DNA of 64,000 nucleotides from Rhodanobacter sp. Its GTDB lineage: Bacteria; Pseudomonadota; Gammaproteobacteria; Xanthomonadales; Rhodanobacteraceae. Under the pieces are notes generated by a model that saw only the letters and a program-made list of their open reading frames with translations, searched no databases and was not told the DNA's origin. Position 1 is the first letter of the stretch; each line of letters opens with the position of its first letter. The translations under genes and the position numbers were made by a program. The stretch covers positions 11,941 through 75,940 of the forward strand of contig DATKVA010000160.1 of the NCBI GenBank assembly GCA_035530315.1, written 5' to 3'. Below are positions 45,453 through 56,414 of this stretch, in pieces.

Positions 45453-46157
45453 ATGCCACCGCCCTCTTTGAACAAAAAACTCCTTCTCGTCGGCGCCTCC
45501 CGCGGCCTTGGCTTCGCCTTGGCGGAGGAGTACCTCAAACGCGGTTGGGACGTTGTCGCCACCGAGCGTGGTGCAAGCCCATCCAAACTGCACCAGCTGG
45601 CGGAGGCTAGCAACGGGCGGCTTGAGATCGAGACCGTCGACATCGTCCATCCGGATCAGGTGACCGCGCTGCGCGCACGTCTGGCATCGAGAAAGTTCGA
45701 CATGCTGTTCGTCAATGCCGGCGTCAAGAATGACGATCGTGAGACGATCGCGGATGTTTCGACCGACGAGTTCGTGCGCGTGATGGTCACCAACGCCTTG
45801 AGTCCGATGCGCGTCATCGAAGTCCTGCAGGATGCCGTACTTCCCGGTGGCACGATCGGCATCATGTCATCCGGCCAGGGAAGTGTTGCCAACAACGAGA
45901 ACGGACACTACGAGGTGTATCGCGGCAGCAAGGCGGCGCTCAACACGTTCATGCGCAGCTTCGCTGCCCGCCACGCCGATGATTCGAGAACACTGCTACT
46001 CATGGCTCCGGGCTGGGTGCGCACCGACATGGGTGGCCCCGAGGCGCGTTTGAGTATCGAGGAGAGCATCCCCAACCTCGCAAACACCATCGACGCGCAG
46101 GCGGGAAAAGCGGGCCTTCAGTATCTGGATTACCTGGGCCGACGAGTTCCGTGGTAA
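45453..46157 (+). CDS. Short-chain dehydrogenase/reductase (CsgA-like)
   Basis: GASRGLG, NAG, YRGSK, PGWVRTDMGG. Confidence 0.92.
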   Translation: MPPPSLNKKLLLVGASRGLGFALAEEYLKRGWDVVATERGASPSKLHQLAEASNGRLEIETVDIVHPDQVTALRARLASRKFDMLFVNAGVKNDDRETIADVSTDEFVRVMVTNALSPMRVIEVLQDAVLPGGTIGIMSSGQGSVANNENGHYEVYRGSKAALNTFMRSFAARHADDSRTLLLMAPGWVRTDMGGPEARLSIEESIPNLANTIDAQAGKAGLQYLDYLGRRVPW

Positions 46158-46331
46158 GTGGGAATCGTCGATGGCCCGGGAATACGATGACAGCCAGGCT
46201 CGACTGATCTTGACTGCGCGCGAGCGCTGCGCTCGCGCATCTGTCGATGACGAACGGAAGCTTGTGGGGGTCAGATTCACTTTCAAGCGGTACGTCGGTA
46301 CCTGAGCCCTACCCCGTGTTTTCGCTTTCCC

Positions 46332-47186
46332 TCATCGGTCTCTGCCCAACGCAACGAGCTCGGCCACGACCGGAAAATGATCGGAAGGATAGCGCGCACC
46401 TTCGTGCGTGGTGATCGTCCGTGCGGCGCGCGTCCTGAAGCCGCGAGTCAGTATCCAGTCGATCCGCCGGTCGGGGTTGCCGGTGAAGTTGTGAAACGTC
46501 TTCGCCGGCCCGGATCGCGAGGTCGCCACGGCCCAGGCATCATGCAGCGTTCGGGTCAGTTTCGCGTACACGGGGGAGTCGGGGCCGGTATTGAAATCCC
46601 CGGCCAGGATCACCCGCGCCGTCGATGGCAGTTTGCCGATCCGCCGCACGATCTCGTCCGCGCTGAGCATGCGCGCGCGGACATCCTGGTCCCGGTAGGG
46701 GAAGTGCGTATTGAAATAATCGAACGTGCCGCCCCCATGGCGCAGGCGAAACCGCGCCCAGGTCACCATGCGCGGATACGGCTGGCCCCACGTCCTGCTT
46801 CCGGGCACATCCGGCGTGTCGGAGAGCCAGAAATCGCCGGAGCGCAGCACCTGCAACCGGTCGGTGCGATAGAACACGCCCATGTGCTCGCCCTTCGCAC
46901 CGCCTTCCCTGCCCTGTCCAAACCAGGCATAGCCGGGAAGATGGGCGGCGATGTACTCGCCCTGCTCCTCGGTCAGCTCCTGGGTGCCAAGCACATCCGG
47001 ATGCTGCGCCTCGATCACCCGCACCAGCAGGTCACGCCGATGCACCCACGCGTTCATGTCGGTGTCCACCGGCACGCGCACATTGAACGTCATCACGCGA
47101 AGCGCCACGCCGGCCCCGGCACTCGGCCCGGCCACGCCCAGCATCAGCAGGCAGAACAGCGTCAAACACCATTGGCGGAAAGTCAT
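46332..47186 (-). CDS. Exported endonuclease/exonuclease/phosphatase-family protein
   Basis: MTFNVR, GTQE, NTH, GDFN, RIDWI, SDH. Confidence 0.9.
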   Translation of the reverse strand: MTFRQWCLTLFCLLMLGVAGPSAGAGVALRVMTFNVRVPVDTDMNAWVHRRDLLVRVIEAQHPDVLGTQELTEEQGEYIAAHLPGYAWFGQGREGGAKGEHMGVFYRTDRLQVLRSGDFWLSDTPDVPGSRTWGQPYPRMVTWARFRLRHGGGTFDYFNTHFPYRDQDVRARMLSADEIVRRIGKLPSTARVILAGDFNTGPDSPVYAKLTRTLHDAWAVATSRSGPAKTFHNFTGNPDRRIDWILTRGFRTRAARTITTHEGARYPSDHFPVVAELVALGRDR

Positions 47187-47211
47187 CACACACCTCGGGC
47201 AGGAAGCGACG

Positions 47212-47928
47212 TCAGGAAACAGCACCTGGGAGTCCGTGCGGCAACATCTGCACCGAACGCAACAAGGTGGCCAGGCCACCCCAGGCGATCTGCGCACCGA
47301 TGCACAGCAGGATGAACGAGATCAGTCGCTGCACACCGCTGATCGCGTGCCCCGGCAGCATCCGGCTAAGCCGGGGCGCGTACGCGTAGCTGAAGAACAC
47401 CAGTACCGCCAGCAGGATCGCCGCGACGAAAATTGCCGCATGCGTCAGCAGGCTGGCCTGCCAATCGTGGCCGGCGGCATGCGCGCTGAGCGTGAGCACC
47501 ACCACGATCACGCCCGGGCCCACGGTAAGCGGAAAGGTCAGCGGGTAGAACGCCTGGCTCATCACGCTGTCGACATCGGGCCGGGCGGCCGGCGCATCGC
47601 GGGGCGACGGGTCGTGCGCATTGAGCATGCTCCAACCCATCGCGGCCAGGGTCAGGCCACCGGCGACCTGCAGCACTGGCAGGCTGATGCCGAAGAACTT
47701 CAGGATCAAGGCACCCAGCAGCTCGATCGCCATGATGAACCCGAGCATGCCCAACGCAATGCGCCAGGCCAGTTGGCGATAGACCGCGGGCGGCTCGTCG
47801 CCAACGACACCCATCAGGATCAGGGCCGAGCCCAGCGGGTTGAGTACGGGCAGCAGCGCAGCGAAGGCCAACGGCATGAAGCGGAGGGCAGCATCGAACA
47901 CGGGCGGATTCTCCAGGGCATCATCCAC
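47212..47928 (-). CDS. MarC-family membrane protein
   Basis: LLPVLNPLG, VAGGL, YPLTFPLTVGPG; start uncertain (alternative 47877). Confidence 0.88.
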   Translation of the reverse strand: MDDALENPPVFDAALRFMPLAFAALLPVLNPLGSALILMGVVGDEPPAVYRQLAWRIALGMLGFIMAIELLGALILKFFGISLPVLQVAGGLTLAAMGWSMLNAHDPSPRDAPAARPDVDSVMSQAFYPLTFPLTVGPGVIVVVLTLSAHAAGHDWQASLLTHAAIFVAAILLAVLVFFSYAYAPRLSRMLPGHAISGVQRLISFILLCIGAQIAWGGLATLLRSVQMLPHGLPGAVS

Positions 47929-48185
47929 GGTGTCGAGCGCACCGGCGACATGACGTTAGCACCACCGGACCCGATGGTTGGAGTCGACCGTTCGAGAAAG
48001 CGCGTCCGACAGGCTCCCAGCCTCCACGCAATGGTCGGCGCAAGCCGCGATTCACCGCCATCCCGGGAGCCAACCGGACGCCGGACCTTGTCCCTGCTAC
48101 CTTTTCCCCGGCCTTTTGCGGCACGATCGACCGCTAGAATCGCGCTCATCCGGGCAACTCGCCGAATACGGGAGACCATCCGTCC

Positions 48186-49202
48186 ATGGCATCGCTATCC
48201 ACACCACCGCCGATCCCTGTCTCGACTTGCGGCAATTGCGGTGCACCGCTGTACGGAAAGTATTGCCACGCGTGCGGCCAGCCGGTCGAAGGGCTGGTGC
48301 GGCATTTCGGCAGCGTGCTGGGCGACGTGCTGGACAGCGTGCTCAACATCGACGCACGCATCGTGCACACGCTGCTGCCGTTGTACTTCCGGCCCGGCAA
48401 ACTCACGCTGGACTACTTCGCCGGCAAACGCGCCCGCTACGTGACGCCGTTCCGGCTGGTTTTCTTCCTGGCGATCATCGCGTTCCTGGCGATCCAGCTC
48501 GCGCTCCGCGCAAGCTCCATCCTGCCCGTGCAATTCCATACGCCGCCCATTCACGGTGTCGCGATCAGTTCGACCCCCGTGGCAGCGACGCAGGACACCC
48601 ATTTCGCGAACGGCGACATCAAGTTCAACGATCGGGTCGTGTGGAACCGCCAGACCAAGCCGTTGCGCGCCGGCTGGTTGCCCGGGTTCGCCAACGACTG
48701 GCTCAACGACGCGATCGAGCACGCCCGCAACAACCTGCATGACATGAATTCGGGCAACGCGGCCGAGGCGAAGGCCGCAGCCTGGCGTCTCATGACCGGG
48801 ATGTTTGCGGTCGCGCCGCAGGTGCTGTTCGTGCTGCTCCCGGTGTTTGCGCTGCTGCTGAAGATCTTCTACGTCTTCAAGCGACGGATGTACATGGAAC
48901 ACCTGATCGTGGCCATGCACAGCCACGCCTTCATCATGCTGTCGCTGCTGGTGCTGGTCGCGCTGGATCTGCTGCGCAGCGGGGTCGCGCCCCATGCCGC
49001 CTGGCTCGGCAGCCTGCTGGGGTTGCTGCATGCCGCTGCGTGGCTCTGGATGCTCGCCTACCTGCTCCTCATGCAGAAGCGGGTGTATCGGCAAGGGTGG
49101 TTCATGACCTCGCTGAAATATGGCGCCGTCGGCATTTGCTACAGCGTGCTGATCGGATTCGGCATGGCGTTCGCACTGCTGATCAGCCTCGGCAGTACGT
49201 GA
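48186..49202 (+). CDS. DUF3667-domain membrane protein
   Basis: CGNCG...GKYCHACGQ, PGKLT.DY..GKR.RY..PFRL. Confidence 0.88.
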   Translation: MASLSTPPPIPVSTCGNCGAPLYGKYCHACGQPVEGLVRHFGSVLGDVLDSVLNIDARIVHTLLPLYFRPGKLTLDYFAGKRARYVTPFRLVFFLAIIAFLAIQLALRASSILPVQFHTPPIHGVAISSTPVAATQDTHFANGDIKFNDRVVWNRQTKPLRAGWLPGFANDWLNDAIEHARNNLHDMNSGNAAEAKAAAWRLMTGMFAVAPQVLFVLLPVFALLLKIFYVFKRRMYMEHLIVAMHSHAFIMLSLLVLVALDLLRSGVAPHAAWLGSLLGLLHAAAWLWMLAYLLLMQKRVYRQGWFMTSLKYGAVGICYSVLIGFGMAFALLISLGST

Positions 49203-49254
49203 GCCGCCCCCTCCTTTACCCCTTTACTCCCCCCTTCGCGGCTCGGCAACGAAC

Positions 49255-49572
49255 ATGCACCGCTGGCGCCGGCGCGTGCGGCGTCAGCGGCTTCGGTTCC
49301 ATGCCGTGCGCCGTGCCTGCACGCGACAGACACATCTGATCGCGCGACTTGCAATAAAACACACGACCGTTGCCAGGCTGAAGCAGCTAGCCGACCGGCT
49401 CGGCTCGCGCCAGGACTTGGAGGTCATGCGCAGCCTGCGCCACGACCTGCCCGATGCCTCGCTGCCTCGTGCTGAGTTGCACAAGCAAGTTGCCGCCGGT
49501 CGGTGTCGGCGGCCAGTCACTAGCGTCCCCGTTCACCGATCGAAGCAGCGGTGTCGACTTGCAGCGGCGTGA
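49255..49572 (+). pseudogene. C-terminal fragment of a CHAD-domain protein
   Basis: HRWRRRVRRQR and LKQLADRLGSRQDLEV resemble CHAD motifs; no N-terminal half. Confidence 0.55.
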
Positions 49573-49639
49573 ATTGCGCCGGGCTGGCGCCACGGCGAAT
49601 GCCGCAATTCAAGCCATTTCCGCGGCATCCGCCGGTTGC

Positions 49640-50542
49640 CTACGCCAGCGGCTGGAAGGTGAATCGCGCGGGCCGGGCCACCAGCACGTCGCAATGGGCG
49701 GCCTCCAGAATCCATTCGGCAACGCTGCCCAGCAATGCGCTGGAAAGCCCGGACCGTGCGTGCGTACCGAGCGCGACGATGTCCGCCTGATGAGAGTGCG
49801 CCCGGGTCAGGACAACCCGCCTCGCGTCTCCGTAGGCGAAGACCGTGCGCCACGAGACTCCCCAGGGAGGCAGTGCGGCCATCACCTGGCCCGCATTCGC
49901 CACGGCCTGTTCCCGTGCCGCCTTGCGAAAAATACTCTCGCTGGCACGCGAAGATGGCCTCGATACCGCGCCTTCGAGTGGGACAAGGTAGGCATGCACC
50001 AGCATGATCTCGGTCACCGAGGGGCTGCTGACGCGAAGCAGGGTTTCGAGAGTGCTGCGCGTGGTTTCATCGAAGTCGATCGCGGCGATCGGACGCGAAT
50101 AGGGACGACGGGCGGGGCGATTGACCACCAGCACCGGTAGGTCTCCGTACCGGATCACGCGATCCGCGGTGGAGCCGATGAACATGTCGCGCACGGGCCG
50201 GCGACCATGCCGCCCCAGCACGATCAGGTCCGCGCCGAGCAGGCGCGATTGGCGCACGATCTGCTCGAATGGCCGGCCGGCGACCACCGTGCCCTTCATC
50301 GACACCGTGAGGCCCAGGGCATTGGCCTGCGCCCTGGCACGCCTCACCCCGTCCGCCATGGCTTTTGCCGTGGTCACCCGGGCCCTGCGCAACGGCGCGT
50401 CAAACAACGGTTCGCTCATCACGTGCAGCAGATGCACGGTTGCACCGCGCGCGAGCGGCAGTCGCAGGGCCCGTCCCAGCGCCTGATCGGCACCCCTTGA
50501 GAAGTCGGTGGGCACCAGAATCGTCGAGATCGCGGGGATCAT
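49640..50542 (-). CDS. Tandem-domain universal stress protein
   Basis: ILVPTDFS, DLIVLGRHG...GS.A..V, second DIVALGTHA...GSVA. Confidence 0.9.
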   Translation of the reverse strand: MIPAISTILVPTDFSRGADQALGRALRLPLARGATVHLLHVMSEPLFDAPLRRARVTTAKAMADGVRRARAQANALGLTVSMKGTVVAGRPFEQIVRQSRLLGADLIVLGRHGRRPVRDMFIGSTADRVIRYGDLPVLVVNRPARRPYSRPIAAIDFDETTRSTLETLLRVSSPSVTEIMLVHAYLVPLEGAVSRPSSRASESIFRKAAREQAVANAGQVMAALPPWGVSWRTVFAYGDARRVVLTRAHSHQADIVALGTHARSGLSSALLGSVAEWILEAAHCDVLVARPARFTFQPLA

Positions 50543-50612
50543 GGTCGTTTTGCGTTGCCTGACTGACATCAGATGACTCCCATGTGTATGGATCGCCAAT
50601 GAAGAACATCCC

Positions 50613-51626
50613 TCATCCAGTGCTGCTCGTGTGAAGCAGCACAGTGGTCATGATCGCGACGTACACCGCGATCATGCTCAGTCCACCTGGTTCGAGCAGG
50701 GCCAGTCGCGATGACGGCGGCCGCAGCACGGCAACCAAGCCTAACCCCATCAGCAGAGTTACGCCCAGCGCACTGAGGACATGAGTCGGGTCCAGCGCGG
50801 CAAAGATGGATCCGCGGTCGGCGCAATCCATGGCGAAAAAAGCCAGCATGTTGAAGGCGTTCGAGCCAAACAGATTGCCTACTGCCAGACTCGACGCACC
50901 CATCCGCAACGCAGCCAGCGACACTGTCAGTTCCGGCAACGAGGTGGAGACCCCGACCATGATCGTGCCGACCGTGGTATCACCCAGCCCGGACAACACG
51001 GCGAGTCGATGGGCCGCAGCGGCAAACAGCGGAGCACTCGAAAAAATGGCCAGCGCAGCCAGACCGAAACGACCAACCGGCCTTCGCCACGATCCGCGCG
51101 GGGGCGATGTGCGCTCAGTGGGCGCGTCGCCGATATCGGCGGCATCCTGCTGAAATGCGCTTCGAGTCCACATCAGATAGATCCCCACCAGCAGCAGTGA
51201 TACCGGCGAAAGCCCGAACCAGACAGTCTGCGGGCGCAGCAGCACGGCCATGGCCGCCAGTGCCGTCATCACCAGGGCGAGGCCGACGGTCCGGGAAAGC
51301 TCGTGGCCGAAACGCCAGTCCGTCGCCGCCGGCCACCGGAATAAGAGCAGCAGGGCCAGAATCAGCATGTTGGCCATGCCCGATCCAAACAGGTCGCCGG
51401 CCGCCAGATTGCTGGCGCCCAGTCGCACCGCAGTGACGTCGACAGCCAGTTCCGGCAGCGACGTTGCGGCCGCCAGCAACATGGCGCCCACCCAGTACTG
51501 TCCGATTCCGGTGCTGGTGGCGATCTGTTCGGCGGCTTGCGTCAAGTGGGTCGCCGCCCAGATCATGACCAGACCACTGGCGACGAGCCAGGCCAGTGTT
51601 GTCCATGCCGTGGTTTCAGCGAGCAT
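50613..51626 (-). CDS. CaCA-family Na+/Ca2+ antiporter
   Basis: Two alpha repeats ATSLPEL / STSLPEL, GNLFGSN. Confidence 0.9.
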   Translation of the reverse strand: MLAETTAWTTLAWLVASGLVMIWAATHLTQAAEQIATSTGIGQYWVGAMLLAAATSLPELAVDVTAVRLGASNLAAGDLFGSGMANMLILALLLLFRWPAATDWRFGHELSRTVGLALVMTALAAMAVLLRPQTVWFGLSPVSLLLVGIYLMWTRSAFQQDAADIGDAPTERTSPPRGSWRRPVGRFGLAALAIFSSAPLFAAAAHRLAVLSGLGDTTVGTIMVGVSTSLPELTVSLAALRMGASSLAVGNLFGSNAFNMLAFFAMDCADRGSIFAALDPTHVLSALGVTLLMGLGLVAVLRPPSSRLALLEPGGLSMIAVYVAIMTTVLLHTSSTG

Positions 51627-54183
51627 CGGTATCGGCCGCGCTTTGGTTGCGCACGTGCACCTTCGGCGGTTGAGCACGCCCCGACCAGAGCATGATCGCT
51701 CCGGCCAGCATGCCGCTGAGGGCGACACCGACGATGACAAGGGCCAGTGCTGCAGCGTCCAGTTTCTCCAGACCCAGCGCCAGGCGCATTGACGGCAGCA
51801 TGATGGTTGCCAGTTGCAGGGCGACGGTCGCCAGTATCACCAGATGCAAGATCCAGTTGCGCCGCGGCGGATGTCCAAAGTGCCGGGAAGGATAGGCGAA
51901 GACCAACTGGGCCAGTGACTCAAACAGGAACACCGCGGTGCGGGTCAGGCCCAGTCCATAGCCAGCCAGCGGCAAGCCGATCAGCAGCCCGCCACCGATG
52001 GCCGCCTTGACCACGCCACTGCCGAGCACGAAGCGCAGCGAGGACCGATCCAGCAACGGCGACTGCGGCGGGCGTGGTGGTTGCGTCATCACGCCCGGGT
52101 TGCGGTCGAGGGTCAACGCCAGCGCCGGCGGGCCATCGGCGATCAGATTGATCCACAGCAACTGGATGGCCGTGAGCGGGAGCAACAGCATGCCGTGCGC
52201 ATCGCGCAGGTCCAGGCCGTACGCGATCACCGCGCCGAGCACCACCAGCAGGACCAGGGCGAGATTGGTGGAAAAGAGGAAGCGGATGAACTTCTGGATG
52301 TTGGCATAGATACTGCGGCCTTCTTCGATGGCGCCGACGATGGTGGCGAAGTTGTCATCGAGCAGCACCAGATCGGCGACCTCGCGCGAGACATCGCTGC
52401 CGCGCTGGCCCATGGCCACGCCGACATTGGCCCGTTTGAGTGCCGGCGCGTCATTGACCCCATCGCCGGTCATGGCGACGAACTCGCCAGCAGACTGCAA
52501 GGCCTGGACCAGTCGCAGCTTGTGTTCGGGGCTGACGCGCGCGAAGACGCTGATACGTTTGACCGCAAGCTGAAGCGCAGCGTCGTCGAGCTGCTCGAGT
52601 TCGGCACCGGTCATGGCCTCCGTGCTTGCCATGCCGATGTGACGCGCAATCGCCTGCGCGGTACCGGAATGGTCGCCGGTGATCATGATGACGCGCACGC
52701 CCGCTTGTTGCACTTGCGCGATTGCCTCAGGTACTTCGGCGCGAGGCGGATCCCACAGCAGCACGAGGCCCAGCAGATCGAGTCCGCTGTCGCATTCGCC
52801 GTCGCCCGCCGCCAGCGCCAGCACCCGATGACCATCGCGCGCCGCACGCTCGGCGTGCTCGGCCCACAGCACCCGACCTGCCGCGTCCAGGTTCGTGCGC
52901 GCCAGGATGACCTCAGGCGCGCCCTTGAGATAGCTGCGCGGGCCCTCGGGCGTGCTTACCGTTACCCGGCTGAATTTCCAGGCGCTGTCGAACGGTTGCG
53001 CCGACAGGCGAGGATGTGCCTGGTGCATGGCGACGGCATCGAGGCTATTGGCCGCGGCGTGTGCCAGCAGACCTCGATCCAGGGGGTCGCCGGCGCCGGA
53101 CGCGGGGTCGGCCTCGTTCGCAAGGACCATCGCGAGCAGGGCTTGGGCTGGTTCGAGCGCGTCGACGCTACTGACCTGCATGCGGTTCTCGGTCAGCGTG
53201 CCGGTCTTGTCGGTGGCAATGACCGTGACCGAGCCCAACGCCTCGACCGCGCTCAGGCGCCGCACCACGGCCTTGCGTCGCGCCATGCGCTGCACGCCCA
53301 GGGCCAACGTCAAGGTCACCACGGCCGGCATGCCCTCGGGCACGGCGGCGACCGCCAGGGCGACCGCGAACACGACAATTTCGGGAGCGCGGTCAACGCC
53401 CTCGGCGAACACGCCCAGGATCGCCAGCACCACCGCCAGGCTGCCGACCCACAGTGCAATCCGCTGCCCGAGCTGCCGCAGACGCTGCTCCAGCGGGGTG
53501 GCTTCGGTACGGATGCTGCCCAGCATCGTGGCCAGCCGACCCATCGAGCTGCTCGGACCCGTGCTCAGCACACTCAACTGACCGCGCGCCCGGACCATCA
53601 AGGTGCCGCTGAACAAGTCGTCGCCAGGCTCCTTTTCCACCGGCAGCGACTCGCCGGTGAGTACGGATTCATCCACCATGACGCCACTGCCATCCAGCAA
53701 TTTTCCGTCGGCTGGAATGCGTTCGCCTGCGCCCACCCGCACGACGTCGCCGGGAACGATCCGGCTGCCCTGAATGCGCTCGAAGCGGCCGTCGCGGCGG
53801 ACCCAGGCCATCGGTGTCGCCAGTTCCCTCAGCTTGGCCAGCGCCTGCTCGGAACGATATTCCTGCAGCGTGCTCAGACCTGCGTTCAAAATCAGGATGA
53901 CAAAAATCGCGATGGCCTCGATTGGCCAGGTGGCTGCGCCTTCAAAGATCCAGATGCCGAGATCGAACGCCAGTGCGATCAGCAGCAGGTAGATCAGTGG
54001 ACTCCGGAATTGACGAGCGGCACGCTGCCACAGTGGCATCGCGGGTGCTTCGGGCATGATATTGAGGCCAAACTCGCGCAGTCGCCGCTGCGCTTCCCTG
54101 GAGCTGAGACCATTGATGGCATCCGGCATGTGTGCCGTCTCTGGGCCGGCGTCTTCTCTCGCGGGTTTCGACTCCAGGTGCAT
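51616..54183 (-). CDS. P-type cation ATPase (type II, Ca2+-like)
   Basis: TGES, VPEGMP, DKTGTLT, TGD, GDGVNDAP, LWINL..DG; alternative start 54129. Confidence 0.93.
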   Translation of the reverse strand: MHLESKPAREDAGPETAHMPDAINGLSSREAQRRLREFGLNIMPEAPAMPLWQRAARQFRSPLIYLLLIALAFDLGIWIFEGAATWPIEAIAIFVILILNAGLSTLQEYRSEQALAKLRELATPMAWVRRDGRFERIQGSRIVPGDVVRVGAGERIPADGKLLDGSGVMVDESVLTGESLPVEKEPGDDLFSGTLMVRARGQLSVLSTGPSSSMGRLATMLGSIRTEATPLEQRLRQLGQRIALWVGSLAVVLAILGVFAEGVDRAPEIVVFAVALAVAAVPEGMPAVVTLTLALGVQRMARRKAVVRRLSAVEALGSVTVIATDKTGTLTENRMQVSSVDALEPAQALLAMVLANEADPASGAGDPLDRGLLAHAAANSLDAVAMHQAHPRLSAQPFDSAWKFSRVTVSTPEGPRSYLKGAPEVILARTNLDAAGRVLWAEHAERAARDGHRVLALAAGDGECDSGLDLLGLVLLWDPPRAEVPEAIAQVQQAGVRVIMITGDHSGTAQAIARHIGMASTEAMTGAELEQLDDAALQLAVKRISVFARVSPEHKLRLVQALQSAGEFVAMTGDGVNDAPALKRANVGVAMGQRGSDVSREVADLVLLDDNFATIVGAIEEGRSIYANIQKFIRFLFSTNLALVLLVVLGAVIAYGLDLRDAHGMLLLPLTAIQLLWINLIADGPPALALTLDRNPGVMTQPPRPPQSPLLDRSSLRFVLGSGVVKAAIGGGLLIGLPLAGYGLGLTRTAVFLFESLAQLVFAYPSRHFGHPPRRNWILHLVILATVALQLATIMLPSMRLALGLEKLDAAALALVIVGVALSGMLAGAIMLWSGRAQPPKVHVRNQSAADTDAR

Positions 54184-54627
54184 CCGGTGAGAGTCCGTTT
54201 CCCTGATTGATCAAAACGGCCTGACCGTCAACGCCAGCTCTCGATGGGTGGATGGCAGCGGAGCCGCGCGACGTTGCCTTGGTTCCTTCCTTTCTCCACA
54301 GATGCAGCATAGTGCGGCCGTCGTGGAGGTCGCGTGCACGCCCCTTGCCGGGCGACGACCGACTGGCGGCCAGCGTTCGTGCAATCGGGCTACCAGCGCG
54401 CCGGGATTGGCGGAATCGACCTACAACTGGTACTGGCTGGTCGATGGGCTGATGGATCTCCGATGCAGATCGGAGACGGGGTTTTGCGTGCCTATTGACG
54501 TAGGGCGGCGAAATGGCAACACCATTCCTGATTCCCGCTATCCGAACCGGGCATGAAATACCCGCAATTTGCGAGGAATCGCTTGCGTTCGGAGCATTGG
54601 GTTCCGCCCGCCCTGTACTTGCGCCGA

Positions 54628-55605
54628 TCAGAGTCGGGCCGCTTCGATCCGGTTTCTGCCGTTATGCTTTGCCGCATAGAGCATGCGGTCCACTTCCTCG
54701 ACAAGATCGCGCGGAGTCGTCTCACCGTCAGGAACCGTGGTTTCAACGCCGATGCTGGCGGTGACGAACGGGCTGATGCTGGATTTCTCGTGAGGGATTC
54801 GCAGCCTGGTAATACCTTCGGCGCACTCTCTTGCAAGTTTGCGCGCCATGGTCTCGTCCGTTTCCGGCAGCAGCAGCGTGAACTCCTCGCCGCCAAAACG
54901 GGCGACCACATCGCGAGGCCGCCGGGCAACGGTTTTCAGGACGCCCGCAAGGCTCCTCAGGCACTCATCACCGCCGACATGACCATAGCAATCGTTGTAC
55001 TGCTTGAAGTAATCGATATCGAGAATAATCAGCGACAAGGGCTTCCGACTGCGCTTTGCGTCGTGCCACTCGGTTTCCAGCCGCTGATCGAACATGCGGC
55101 GGTTGCTGATGCCGGTCAGGCCGTCCGTCAGGGAAAGCCGCTCCAACTCCACCTGCAATCTGATCAGCTCCTCCTCGGTCTTTTTCCGCTCGCTGATGTC
55201 GAACATGAAGCCGATGAGAGAGTCGACCTCTCCGTTTTCCTTGCGCACGACATGAACGACGTCGCGGATCCATACATAGCCGCCATCCTTGGTCAGCGCG
55301 CGATAGTCGGCTTCGTGGTCCATTCCGGCCTTCGATTGGGAAACGCAGAAGTTCACCACATAATCCCGGTCATCCGGATGCATGCGCGTGGCCCAGTCTT
55401 CGACCGTCAACCAGCTGCCCTGTTCCCAGCCGAGCAACTCCTCGATCTGCGGGCCGACATAGGCGAACTGCATGGTCGACCAGTCGATCTTCCAGGGAAT
55501 GGCTTTCGTCGATTCAAGCAGAGTCTTGTAGACGGCCGCGTCGTTCTCGAACCTGTCCTGGCCATGGGCAGCACTGACACCGACTGGAGGGGGAGGCATG
55601 TTCAT
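54628..55605 (-). CDS. PAS-GGDEF diguanylate cyclase
   Basis: PAS (MHPDD), TDGLTG..NRR, DIDYFK.YND.YGH, I-site RPRD, active-site GGEEF. Confidence 0.93.
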   Translation of the reverse strand: MNMPPPPVGVSAAHGQDRFENDAAVYKTLLESTKAIPWKIDWSTMQFAYVGPQIEELLGWEQGSWLTVEDWATRMHPDDRDYVVNFCVSQSKAGMDHEADYRALTKDGGYVWIRDVVHVVRKENGEVDSLIGFMFDISERKKTEEELIRLQVELERLSLTDGLTGISNRRMFDQRLETEWHDAKRSRKPLSLIILDIDYFKQYNDCYGHVGGDECLRSLAGVLKTVARRPRDVVARFGGEEFTLLLPETDETMARKLARECAEGITRLRIPHEKSSISPFVTASIGVETTVPDGETTPRDLVEEVDRMLYAAKHNGRNRIEAARL

Positions 55606-55616
55606 GGTCCGGCTTT

Positions 55617-56414
55617 TCAGAAGGGGCGGCTGTGTGCCGTGTCCTGCGCGTTCCAGTACCAGTAGAAGAAACCACCGGTGGTCTGCAGCAGCGTGTGGGT
55701 GAGAATGGTGTCGTGCACGATATCGCCCCAGCAGGCACGCGCCGAATTGCGGTTGTTGTGAAGGTCGATACATTCCTGCTCGGGCAGTGCCGGCTTGGGC
55801 GGAATGTAAAGTGCCGAGCCCTGCGGAACCCACAAGTCGGCAAGACGGATCTTGTTGAGTTTCGGCCAGTACCGGCCGACCGAAATGACCAGCGGAAAGC
55901 GTGGGTCGGTCGAGGCGAACACGTGCGGAAAGTCGTGATGTTCCAGATCCGTGCACACCACGGAAAGAAGTCGATTGCCCGTGTTCTGGTAGGGCGACCA
56001 GTGCCCGGCAAAGACGCCGTACTCGTACTCGACCTGAGACAGCTGCTCGACAGGGCTGCTCAGGCGGATACCCTGTTCTTTCTCGACCAGCGTGATGCCG
56101 AAAGCAGCCGCAACAGCGCGGGTTGCCCAAAGTGGCTCGAAAGCCACCTTGTCGGCGATAAAACCGAGCTGGGTTTCCACGCCATAGGGAGGCGTCTGCT
56201 TGACGCCGATCACCTCGGATACGACGTATTCGCGACCGATGGCGAGCAACGGATTGGTCGGTGCTGGAACCAGCGGCGTGACGCCTTCGGGCAGTTCGGC
56301 CAGATAGGCGGGATTGCCGTTGTCGTTATAGAAGTATGGCGTTTTCGCCAGGGATACATCTTGTGAGAACTTGCTGATTTCAAAGACCGGCGGGTTCAAG
56401 TGGCCTTCGGGCAT
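55617..56414 (-). CDS. Hypothetical 265-aa protein, possibly ureidoglycolate-lyase-like cupin
   Basis: Open frame from ATG 56414, stop 11 nt before the DGC start; weak resemblance in EPL...A.AAFG, EHH.FPH.F, LVISVG. Confidence 0.6.
   Translation of the reverse strand: MPEGHLNPPVFEISKFSQDVSLAKTPYFYNDNGNPAYLAELPEGVTPLVPAPTNPLLAIGREYVVSEVIGVKQTPPYGVETQLGFIADKVAFEPLWATRAVAAAFGITLVEKEQGIRLSSPVEQLSQVEYEYGVFAGHWSPYQNTGNRLLSVVCTDLEHHDFPHVFASTDPRFPLVISVGRYWPKLNKIRLADLWVPQGSALYIPPKPALPEQECIDLHNNRNSARACWGDIVHDTILTHTLLQTTGGFFYWYWNAQDTAHSRPF

Noticed and set aside
54184-54300. Metal riboswitch or FNR box upstream of the P-type ATPase
   Set aside because: No yybP-ykoY or fluoride consensus; TTGATCAATCAG has the wrong spacing for FNR
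54360-54450. GNAT-like fragment (YQRAGIG)
   Set aside because: Too short to distinguish from chance
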